DNA from: Candidatus Micrarchaeia archaeon
Lineage (GTDB): Archaea; Micrarchaeota; Micrarchaeia; Anstonellales; J096
DNA length: 20,840 nucleotides
Direction: 5' to 3'
Assembly: GCA_041500865.1 (NCBI GenBank)
Contig: JBGQMY010000022.1
Span: forward strand, 1 to 20,840
Position numbers and translations under genes: made by a program. The stretch's first letter is position 1, and every line of letters begins with the position of its first letter. This document shows positions 1-6,705 of the stretch, piece by piece. The notes below the pieces were generated by a model. The model worked only from the letters and a program-made list of their open reading frames with translations, searched no databases and had not been told where the DNA came from.

Positions 1-110
1 TGCTCTTCTGTAGACAATGCCAGCTTCTCGCTTTTTGCGATGTCTGGCTTTTTCTGTTTTGGCCTTATCCTTTCCATCATCCGCCTTAGGAGCGGCTTCC
101 TTTCCTGCAT
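1..110 (-). CDS. Partial CDS (runs off left edge), probable N-terminus of a further ankyrin-family protein
   Basis: Manual translation from ATG at 110 (minus): MQERKPLLRRMMERIRPKQKKPDIAKSEKLALSTEE..., open to the window edge. Preceded by the same upstream element as the two ankyrin genes. No ankyrin repeat is visible inside the window. Confidence 0.6.
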   Translation of the reverse strand, partial: MQERKPLLRRMMERIRPKQKKPDIAKSEKLALSTEE

Positions 111-117
111 GCCTTTA

Positions 118-140
118 TTGTGCGGCAAAGGTGTTAAAAA
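118..140 (-). promoter_or_regulatory. Conserved TATA-like + TTTGCCGCACAA element, copy 1
   Basis: Minus strand reads TTTTTAA-CACC-TTTGCCGCACAA-TAAAGGC-ATG; matches copies at 14540-14562 and 15854-15876. Confidence 0.7.
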
Positions 141-195
141 ACATCGCTGGGCTCTGCCCGTTACCATTTTAAATGATGCCTCTGATATGCTTCCG

Positions 196-1365
196 ATGGT
201 GCCCCTGACAAGGAAGTACATGCCGAAATCCGTATCAGACATCATAGGCAACGCAGACGTCAGGGAGGCTGCGCGCAAATGGGTTGAGGCCATCCTCAGC
301 GGCAAGAAAGAGAAGCCGCTCATGGTGGGTGGGCCCTCGGGCGTAGGAAAGACCAGCCTCGCATATGCGCTTGCAAAGGACTTCGGCCTTGAGATGCTCG
401 AGATTTCGTCAAGCGGGCTGAGGGACAAGGCAACGCTTGAAAGGAACATAAGGCCGGCGTTCTTCTCAAAAACAGTTTTCGGCAAGAAAAGGATTATCCT
501 TGTTGACGACGCGGATGCGATGACAAAGGACGACAGGGGAGGCATAAGCGAGCTTGTTGAGCTGATAAAGAATGCGAGCTTACCGGTCATAATAACGGCA
601 AACGACACGTCGGAGCCCAAGCTAAGGCCCCTCAGGATGTACGTGAAAACGGTCCAGATGAAGCGCATCGCGCCATCCGAAGTCGCAAACGTCCTCCGCG
701 ACATAGCGAAGAAGGAAAAGCTTGACGCAACCGAGGGGGCGATAATGAAGATAGCCGCAGGCTGCTCAGGCGACTTGCGCTCCGCGCTCAACGACCTGGA
801 GGCAACGGCGTCCGGCATAAGGGACAGGAAGATAGACGACAAAAGCGTATTGAAAACAATTTTCAGGTGCTCCACGCTTTCAGGGGCGCGTTATGCCTCG
901 TCCGTCATGGACATGGACACTGACATGCTGAAGCTCTGGCTTGACGAGAACATAGCCAGGGAATACGAGACGCCGGAGGAAATCGCGGAGGCGTTCAACT
1001 GGCTGTCAAGGGCGGATGTCTTTGACGGAAGGATATTCAAGAGGCAGTATTACGGGTATATGCGTTATTCGGTTACGCTGATGACCGCAGGCGTGGGATT
1101 GAGCAAGAGGCACGTGTACAACAAGCCGATTGAAAACTACCAGTTCCCGCTTTACCTGGTTGAGATGAGCCGCTCAATGGCAGCAAGGGCGATGGCGAAA
1201 TCGGTCGCACTGAAAATAGGGAAAAGGGTCCATACTTCGTCAAAAAGGGTGCTGCCGTTCCTGCCCCTGTACGCAAAGCTCATTTCAAGGGAGCCGGAAA
1301 AGGCGAAGATATTTTACACGTTAAGCGATGAGGAGATGGAGCACCTGGCGTCGCTTGCAAATTAA
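196..1365 (+). CDS. rfcL: Replication factor C large subunit (clamp loader)
   Basis: N-terminus MVPLTRKYMPKS resembles the RFC box W.EKYRP; Walker A GPSGVGKT; Walker B ILVDDAD; PVIITAND; GDLRSALNDL; large-subunit C-terminal motifs WLDENI, LSRADVF and YMRY. Start moved to ATG 196 (TTTTAAA at 167-173). Confidence 0.92.
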   Translation: MVPLTRKYMPKSVSDIIGNADVREAARKWVEAILSGKKEKPLMVGGPSGVGKTSLAYALAKDFGLEMLEISSSGLRDKATLERNIRPAFFSKTVFGKKRIILVDDADAMTKDDRGGISELVELIKNASLPVIITANDTSEPKLRPLRMYVKTVQMKRIAPSEVANVLRDIAKKEKLDATEGAIMKIAAGCSGDLRSALNDLEATASGIRDRKIDDKSVLKTIFRCSTLSGARYASSVMDMDTDMLKLWLDENIAREYETPEEIAEAFNWLSRADVFDGRIFKRQYYGYMRYSVTLMTAGVGLSKRHVYNKPIENYQFPLYLVEMSRSMAARAMAKSVALKIGKRVHTSSKRVLPFLPLYAKLISREPEKAKIFYTLSDEEMEHLASLAN

Positions 1366-1381
1366 TATTCATGGTGAAGTG

Positions 1382-2107
1382 ATGGCAGCAATGAAAGGGG
1401 ACGGGCCGCACAAAATGGACGAGGCCCACAAGGTCGGCATGGGCCGCATGTTCCGCAACCTAATCCTCGGCGGGCAGGACGGCATAGTGAATGTCCTTGG
1501 CATAGCGCTGGGCGTCGCGACAGCGACAAGCTCCAGCCACATTGTGCTGCTTGCAGGCCTTGCAGCGACGTTCGCCGAAAGCGTCAGCATGGCGGCTGTA
1601 GCCTACACGTCCACGCGCGCAGAGGCCGAACACTACGAATCAGAGCGCAAAAGGGAAGACAGGGAAATTGACGAGGTCCCATTGAACGAAAAAAAGGAGA
1701 TAGAGGAAATTTACCGGAAAAAGGGTTTCAGCGGCAGCTTGCTGAAAGGCATCGTTGACAGGATAACGTCCGACCGCAAGGTATGGCTGGAAACGATGAT
1801 GCGCGAGGAATTAGGGCTTGAGAACCCGAGCGAGGGCATGTCGCCGTTCTGGCAGGCGGCGCTTGTCGGCGGCAGCGCACTGATTGGCTCGTTCGTCCCG
1901 ATACTGCCGTTCTTCTTCCTGACGGTGCAGGCCTCAATCCCGGTATCGCTGGCAGCCTCGCTGGCGCTCCTTTTCATCATCGGCGCGTACAAGAGCAGCG
2001 AGACGTCGGGGAAGTGGCTGAAGGGCGGCATTGAGCTCATGGTCATAGGCGGAGTTGCGGCGCTTGCGGGATACGCGGTGGGCCTGTTCTTCCAGGCGCC
2101 CGTCTAA
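1382..2107 (+). CDS. VIT1/CCC1 family iron/manganese transporter
   Basis: ILGGQDGIV and AESVSMA motifs, Glu-rich cytosolic segment (EREDREIDEVP...MMREELG), about 5 TM helices; start at ATG 1382 after GGTGA. Confidence 0.9.
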   Translation: MAAMKGDGPHKMDEAHKVGMGRMFRNLILGGQDGIVNVLGIALGVATATSSSHIVLLAGLAATFAESVSMAAVAYTSTRAEAEHYESERKREDREIDEVPLNEKKEIEEIYRKKGFSGSLLKGIVDRITSDRKVWLETMMREELGLENPSEGMSPFWQAALVGGSALIGSFVPILPFFFLTVQASIPVSLAASLALLFIIGAYKSSETSGKWLKGGIELMVIGGVAALAGYAVGLFFQAPV

Positions 2108-2117
2108 TAAACCGTTC

Positions 2118-2410
2118 CCAGCCCCATTAAAAAAGCGCATTGGCATTCTTATGAATTTAAAAACTTTTTTAGCCATTTATGGCAACAAGTGATATTATGG
2201 CTGAGCAAATGATGAAGAAGCACCCTAATGCATGGCGCAGATTGATTAGATGGAGGCATGAATGCTCCAAGTTTCATTGCGTGTCATGGAGCCCAGGTGC
2301 CTGTATGGGCTGCGATTCGCCTTCCAGCCCCTTGATTACCGGTTTGCCGGCAGGACGCCATGGGAAAAATAGGGTTCACTGAGCCGTCCGTCGTCCAGCC
2401 CCATTAAAAA
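2118..2410 (+). repeat. 16-bp direct repeat CCAGCCCCATTAAAAA flanking a small ORF
   Basis: Exact copies at 2118-2133 and 2395-2410; partial copy (TTCCAGCCCC) at 2322-2331. Confidence 0.8.
2179..2382 (+). CDS. Small hypothetical protein with four Cys (C-x4-C-x7-C-x2-C)
   Basis: 67-aa ORF; TATA-like TTTAAAAA at 2156-2163; no recognised family; start could be 2179 or 2197. Confidence 0.4.
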   Translation: MATSDIMAEQMMKKHPNAWRRLIRWRHECSKFHCVSWSPGACMGCDSPSSPLITGLPAGRHGKNRVH

Positions 2411-2452
2411 GCTTTCGGAGCTATATTTGGCAGAAAGCGTTAGGGAACCGGT

Positions 2453-2470
2453 CAACGTTTTTAAACGTTG
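2453..2470. promoter_or_regulatory. Palindrome CAACGTTT-TT-AAACGTTG overlapping the TATA box of the tRNA-Ser/ribosomal protein operon
   Basis: Perfect 8-bp inverted repeat; TTTTTAAA at 2458-2465 lies about 30 nt upstream of the tRNA. Confidence 0.5.
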
Positions 2471-2490
2471 CCCACAATAAAGATAATCTC

Positions 2491-2605
2491 GCCGGGGTGG
2501 CGGAACCTGGTTAACGCGTACGCCTGGAAAGCGTATGCCCGCAAGGGCTCATGGGTTCAAACGTTATTGGCGCATAGCCTTTAGCTGAAATTCCCATCCC
2601 CGGCG
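2491..2605 (+). tRNA. tRNA-Ser(GGA) with 30-nt intron (2562-2591) in the T-loop, position 59/60
   Basis: Acceptor GCCGGGG/CCCCGGC with G discriminator; anticodon arm TACGC-CT-GGA-AA-GCGTA; long variable arm GCCC-GCAA-GGGC; T arm ATGGG/CCCAT. Removing 2562-2591 restores TTCAAAT, and the junctions form a BHB. No encoded CCA. Confidence 0.95.
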
Positions 2606-2625
2606 TTCAAAGTCATGGTGATTGG

Positions 2626-3345
2626 ATGGCGTCAAAGGAGAAAAAGCAGGAAGAGGAAAATGCTGACAAAAAGGAAGCCCCAGCCGAGGCAAAGGAGCAG
2701 AAGCCGCACAAGAAGGAAGCGAAAGAAGCCCACAAGGAGGCCCCGAAGCACGACATAAGAGGAACAAAGAAGGGCATCGTCAGGATTGCGGGAAAGGACA
2801 TGGGCGGCGACACCAGACTCAAGAACGCTGTCCTAAGGATAAGGGGCATCGGCCATTCTCTCAGGAACGCTGTAACAAGGCTCATTGAGAAGAAGCTTGG
2901 CATAAGCCCGGAGGTCCAGATAGGCGACCTTTCGGACGAGCAGATAGCCAATATTGACAAGGTGCTTTTCGGCATAACAAGCAACGACCTGCCGAAGTTC
3001 CTGCTGAACAGGCAGAGCGACCCTTCAACAGGGGAAAGCAAGCAGATGATAATGAACGACCTTGCGTTCGTGCTCAGGCAGGACCTGGAAGGCAAGAAGA
3101 AGAACAGGACATGGCAGGGATTCAGGGCGCTGAAAGGCAAGAAAGTCAGGGGACAAAGGACAAGGAACACCGGAAGGAAAGGCCTTACCATGGGAGTCAT
3201 GAGGGAAAAGCTCAAGCCAGGCCAGCTTCCTGAAGAAGAGGGCGGAAGGGGCGCCAGGCAAAGGGCATCCTCGTCTGGAGCGGCCCCGGCAGCTCCGGCT
3301 GCTGCGGCCCCTGCGGCTGAGAAGAAGCCTGCGGAGAAGAAATGA
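2626..3345 (+). CDS. rps13: 30S ribosomal protein uS13 with N- and C-terminal low-complexity extensions
   Basis: IVRIAGKD, IRGIG, LLNRQSDPSTGE, WQGFRALKGKKVRGQRTRNTGRKG; first gene of the S13-S4-S11-RpoD cluster. Confidence 0.96.
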   Translation: MASKEKKQEEENADKKEAPAEAKEQKPHKKEAKEAHKEAPKHDIRGTKKGIVRIAGKDMGGDTRLKNAVLRIRGIGHSLRNAVTRLIEKKLGISPEVQIGDLSDEQIANIDKVLFGITSNDLPKFLLNRQSDPSTGESKQMIMNDLAFVLRQDLEGKKKNRTWQGFRALKGKKVRGQRTRNTGRKGLTMGVMREKLKPGQLPEEEGGRGARQRASSSGAAPAAPAAAAPAAEKKPAEKK

Positions 3346-3357
3346 GGGTGAACGCTT

Positions 3358-3933
3358 ATGGGCGATCCTAGGAAAATAACGAAGAAATACAAGAAGCCGA
3401 AAAAGCTGCTCGACAAGACAAGGGTCGTCGAGGAGGGCAAGCTGAAAAGGGAGTACGGGCTCAAGAACGCGCGAGAGCTGTGGATTGCGCAGTCCGAGCT
3501 TAGGCGCGTGAGGCGCGAGGCAAGGAAGCTGCTCGCCCTTTCCGAAGAGGAGAGGAAGAAGGGCGCTGCCGTCGTGCTCGGAAAGCTCGAGAGGATGGGC
3601 ATACTTGCAGGGGACGCGACGATAGACAACGTCCTTTCGCTTACAGTGAGGAATTTCCTTGAAAGGAGGCTGCAGACGATTGTATTCAGGAAGGGCATGG
3701 CAAGGACGCCTGTCCAGGCAAGGCAGCTGATAACGCACGGCTACATTGCAATTAAAGGAAGAAGGATAACGTCCCCCGGAACAACGGTGACGCGCGCAAC
3801 TGAGGGGGACATCGCTTACTACAAGCCGATAGACATTTCCGTTCCGGAAAAGGAAGAGCCTAAGCCTGCGGAGGCGCCGGCAACAGAAGCGCCGGCTGCC
3901 GAAGAGCCGAAGAAGGAGGGTGAATCCCAATGA
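3358..3933 (+). CDS. rps4: 30S ribosomal protein uS4
   Basis: [44 protein letters not shown]. Confidence 0.97.
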   Translation: MGDPRKITKKYKKPKKLLDKTRVVEEGKLKREYGLKNARELWIAQSELRRVRREARKLLALSEEERKKGAAVVLGKLERMGILAGDATIDNVLSLTVRNFLERRLQTIVFRKGMARTPVQARQLITHGYIAIKGRRITSPGTTVTRATEGDIAYYKPIDISVPEKEEPKPAEAPATEAPAAEEPKKEGESQ

Positions 3934-4319
3934 GCAGCAACAGGGTCGCGATAATCTACATCTACTCGTCAAAGAACGACACGATAATGACGTCAACGGA
4001 CCTGAGCGGCTCCGAAACGCTGACTTGGGCGTCGGGCGGCATGATGGTCGACTCCTCAAGGGAGGAGGGAAGGCCGTATGCGGCCATGAGGGCCGCGCAG
4101 AAGATATCTACCGATTTGAAGGAGAAAGGCATATCCAACGTCATCATAAGGATAAGGGGCCAGGGCGGAAACAAGGCCAAGTCTCCCGGCTCGGGAGCGC
4201 AGGCCGCAATCAGGATGATATCAAGGTCCGGCCTGTCCATAAAGAGGATAGAGGACGTTACTCCGCTTCCTACCGATTCCATGAGGAAGAAGGGCGGAAG
4301 AAGGGGAAGGAGGGTCTGA
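3930..4319 (+). CDS. rps11: 30S ribosomal protein uS11
   Basis: [52 protein letters not shown] overlap with rps4. Confidence 0.97.
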   Translation: MSSNRVAIIYIYSSKNDTIMTSTDLSGSETLTWASGGMMVDSSREEGRPYAAMRAAQKISTDLKEKGISNVIIRIRGQGGNKAKSPGSGAQAAIRMISRSGLSIKRIEDVTPLPTDSMRKKGGRRGRRV

Positions 4320-4323
4320 TTAC

Positions 4324-4899
4324 GTGAAAATCGCGAACTATTCCGAAAAGGGCGGGAAGGTCTCCTTTGACATAGCGGACGGCGACGTTAAGCTTGCCAA
4401 CACCCTGAGGAGGTACCTCATAAACGGCGTTCCTGTCTATGCGATAGACAAAATCGTGGTTTATGAGAACACGACCTCATTCTTCGACGAGTACATCGCG
4501 CACAGGATAGGCATGATACCGCTTACCACGCCGGAAGCGGACATAGACCCCGAGAAAATAGGGTTTTACCTTGACTTTGCCGGGCCTGGAACAGTGTATT
4601 CCAAGGACATCAAGAGCAACAGCGAGGCCGTGAAGGTCGCAATAGACGACATACCCATCATAAGGCTTCTGGAGGGCCAGGTCCTGCGCATTGAGTGCAA
4701 GGCAAAGAAGGACACGGGCAGGGAGCATGCCAAGTTCCAGTCCGGCATAGCGTCCTACGACATCGACGAGAAGGGGGCAATCCACTTCTGGGCGGAGAAC
4801 ATGCACCACATGGAAACGTCCGAGCTCATAAGGCGCGCGCTCAAGAAGATGGACGCGGACTTCAAGTCGCTTCACGAAGCGATAAAGGAAGCGAAATAG
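4324..4899 (+). CDS. rpoD: DNA-directed RNA polymerase subunit D (Rpo3), short form
   Basis: ANTLRR, ENTTSFFDEYIAHRIGMIPL, GPGTVYSKDI, IPIIRL..GQ, GREHAKFQ; GTG start; conserved position after rps11. Confidence 0.95.
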   Translation: MKIANYSEKGGKVSFDIADGDVKLANTLRRYLINGVPVYAIDKIVVYENTTSFFDEYIAHRIGMIPLTTPEADIDPEKIGFYLDFAGPGTVYSKDIKSNSEAVKVAIDDIPIIRLLEGQVLRIECKAKKDTGREHAKFQSGIASYDIDEKGAIHFWAENMHHMETSELIRRALKKMDADFKSLHEAIKEAK

Positions 4900-4934
4900 G
4901 TTTTTTAACTGTTTTCCTTATTATATGATATTAG

Positions 4935-5020
4935 GCAGGGATCGCCAAGCATGGTCAAAGGCGCTAGGTTGAGGGCCTAGTCTCCATTGGGGTTCGTGGG
5001 TTCAAATCCCACTCCCTGCA
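4935..5020 (+). tRNA. tRNA-Leu(GAG)
   Basis: Acceptor GCAGGGA/TCCCTGC with A discriminator; anticodon arm CTAGG-TT-GAG-GG-CCTAG; long variable arm; GTGGG-TTCAAAT-CCCAC; no intron. Confidence 0.96.
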
Positions 5021-5021
5021 A

Positions 5022-5044
5022 TAGGCTTTTTCAAAAAAAGCCTA
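5022..5044 (+). terminator. Inverted repeat / T-tract directly after tRNA-Leu
   Basis: TAGGCTTTTT (5022-5031) pairs with AAAAAGCCTA (5035-5044). Confidence 0.5.
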
Positions 5045-5184
5045 GGGAAAAACCGACTGTGTTTTTCTTCACCCCAAAAGAAACTACTTTAGAAGAAAAA
5101 GAATCTCCCTGCGGAAAGAAAACTACTTTTGGAAGGATTGCCCGAATGTGTGAAATTTAAAAACCCTGCATCGGATATGTTGAC

Positions 5185-5634
5185 ATGAAACTGGCAATCG
5201 TTTCATTTGCAGCGTTGCTTCTCATGGCATCGTCCCTTTGTGCCAACATAACCAATGCATCCGGGGCTGCCAATCCCACGGCGCCCATGGACTGGAAAAT
5301 GGCGCTTCTTGCTGTTTCCATAGTGTTCATAATAATCGCAATCATAATATTCTTGCTTACTGGCAAAAAGGAGCAGCTGCACGAGGCGGCAGTTGAAGGC
5401 AACAGGGGGCTTTCCGAGGACGAGGACAGGTTCCTGCTCATCCTTTACGAGAACGAGGGCACAATCGGGCAGGCTGAGCTAAGCAGGCAGTCATCCTGGC
5501 CCGAAGCAAAGGCAAGCCTGCTCGCAAAGTCTCTTGAATCCCAAGGCTACGTGAAAAGGATAAGCAAAGGAAGAAAAAGCATAGTGAAGGCGACAGAAAA
5601 GGGAAACGCCTTCAACCGGCAGAGGCGCCAGTGA
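5185..5634 (+). CDS. Membrane-anchored winged-HTH protein (COG2512-like)
   Basis: Signal-peptide-like N-terminus, short linker with NIT/NAS sequons, TM helix, then LSEDE..L..L..NEG.IGQAEL...AKAS.L...LE.QGYVKR...GR, typical of the C-terminal HTH of this archaeal family. Confidence 0.75.
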   Translation: MKLAIVSFAALLLMASSLCANITNASGAANPTAPMDWKMALLAVSIVFIIIAIIIFLLTGKKEQLHEAAVEGNRGLSEDEDRFLLILYENEGTIGQAELSRQSSWPEAKASLLAKSLESQGYVKRISKGRKSIVKATEKGNAFNRQRRQ

Positions 5635-5647
5635 ATACCACAACATA

Positions 5648-5817
5648 AGGCGCCAAAATGCTTTCTTTTGAACCCGGGGCTTTTGCGCCAGCAGGCGCCT
5701 AAATGCTTTTTTCTTTCCCGTGGACGGCTTTCTTTTTCGCAAAAAGAAAGGGGCCATTCCAGGTCCGCAGACCAAAATGAAGGAAGGTTGACCGTTAAGG
5801 GAACCTTGGTTCCCTTA
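5648..5817. repeat. Structured intergenic region: direct repeat and two inverted repeats
   Basis: AGGCGCC[A/T]AAATGCTTT starting at 5648 and 5693; CTTTCTTTTT-CGC-AAAAAGAAAG (5728-5750); TAAGGGAACC-TT-GGTTCCCTTA (5796-5817). Confidence 0.7.
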
Positions 5818-5864
5818 CGATTTGGGCAAAAAGTTATAAATAGGGAAAGAGGCAACACACCTGC

Positions 5865-6158
5865 ATGGATGCCAGGTCGCGCCTGCTGTATTGGATGCTG
5901 GAGGCGTCAAGGGGCGGGCCCACGCGGCGCAGGATAATAAGGGCATTGCACAAAAGCCCGTCCAACATGCACCAGCTTGCAGTGTCGCTGGATTTGGACT
6001 ACAAGACCGTGCAGGGGCACGTGGAAACCCTTGCCGAAAACGGCATAATATACAGGATGAAGGAAGGCTACGGGGCCGTGTATTTCATAAGCCCGGAGTT
6101 TGAAGGCAATGATTACATGAAAAAGGCTTTGGGGAGTGGTGAAAATGGGGACGAATGA
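5865..6158 (+). CDS. ArsR-family winged-helix transcriptional regulator
   Basis: RLLYWML..SRGG.TR.RII..L...P.N..QLA..L.LDYKTV..H...L.EN.I......YGAVYF.S matches a common archaeal ArsR subfamily; TATA TTATAAAT near 5834. Confidence 0.88.
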   Translation: MDARSRLLYWMLEASRGGPTRRRIIRALHKSPSNMHQLAVSLDLDYKTVQGHVETLAENGIIYRMKEGYGAVYFISPEFEGNDYMKKALGSGENGDE

Positions 6159-6585
6159 GAAAGGCGGGAAAACGGCTACTGAAAAGCCAAAGAAAGACTA
6201 CACGGCTGCTGCCGCGCTAGGCACTTTGGGAATAATAGTTGCATCCATCGCTATGATAGCGGTCACTGACCTGCTTTTCCCGTTCTGGCGCGGGCCCATA
6301 AGCGACATGCTGATGTTCCTTGCTATGAACGCCGTCTCCATGCTCATGCTCGCGCTCTCCGTCTTCCTCACGTTCATTTACCTGAAGGACTACCTTGAGC
6401 TGAGGAGCGGGTTCACGTTCGGCATACTGATGGCAGTAGTGTCGTTCATGCTGTTCGCGATAACGTCAACGCCGCTGCTGTACTGGTTCATGGGGATTTA
6501 CGGCAGGACCGGCATGTTCTCAGTGGTGCCTTACGTGTTTGCGACCATATCGCTTGCAATACTGGCATGGCTGAGCTCGAAATGA
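6145..6585 (+). CDS. Four-TM membrane protein, likely partner of the ArsR regulator
   Basis: Four hydrophobic segments; IYLKDY..LRS.FT.G motif; overlaps the ArsR stop; start 6145 (ATG) or 6136 (GTG). Confidence 0.75.
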   Translation: MGTNEKGGKTATEKPKKDYTAAAALGTLGIIVASIAMIAVTDLLFPFWRGPISDMLMFLAMNAVSMLMLALSVFLTFIYLKDYLELRSGFTFGILMAVVSFMLFAITSTPLLYWFMGIYGRTGMFSVVPYVFATISLAILAWLSSK

Positions 6586-6662
6586 GGGGAGATTTGGGTA
6601 TTAATCCGGCAAACCCTTTTATAGCCGCGGAAAGGCATTTGTTTTAGGACTGTGTTTTTGCT

Positions 6663-6683
6663 GGGCGGCGGAAGGCGCCGCCC
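6663..6683 (+). promoter_or_regulatory. GC-rich hairpin in the probable 5' leader of the ABC operon
   Basis: GGGCGGCG-GAAGG-CGCCGCCC between TATA-like TTTTATA (6617-6623) and ATG 6706. Confidence 0.4.
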
Positions 6684-6705
6684 GCACAAAACTTAAAGTG
6701 ATGTT

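Noticed and set aside
40..195. N-terminal extension of RFC-L in the ORF track
   Set aside because: It overlaps the divergent gene and promoters; the family-typical start is at 196. Extended starts at 1328, 13332, 14387 and 20055 were rejected for similar reasons.
2201..2215. CTGA-GCAA-ATGATGA resembling a D'/C' k-loop of a C/D box sRNA
   Set aside because: No properly spaced C and D boxes with 10-12-nt guides around it; it lies within a plausible ORF and could be chance.
2613..4059. Long antisense ORFs (361 aa and 344 aa) over rps13/rps4
   Set aside because: Shadow frames of strongly biased, clearly identified genes; Ser/Leu/Phe/Arg-rich with no motifs. The same applies to the other nested ORFs in the track.
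5105..5112. CTCCCTGC as attR of an element integrated in tRNA-Leu
   Set aside because: Only 8 bp, about 85 nt from the tRNA, with no integrase; insufficient to call a mobile element.
5075..5135. Short repeats with 39-45-nt period (also 5648-5709) as a possible mini-CRISPR
   Set aside because: Only two short imperfect copies each, below CRISPR repeat length, and no cas genes.
5055..6659. 12-bp match GACTGTGTTTTT at 5055-5066 and 6648-6659
   Set aside because: Several 12-mer matches are expected by chance in 20 kb and the contexts differ.
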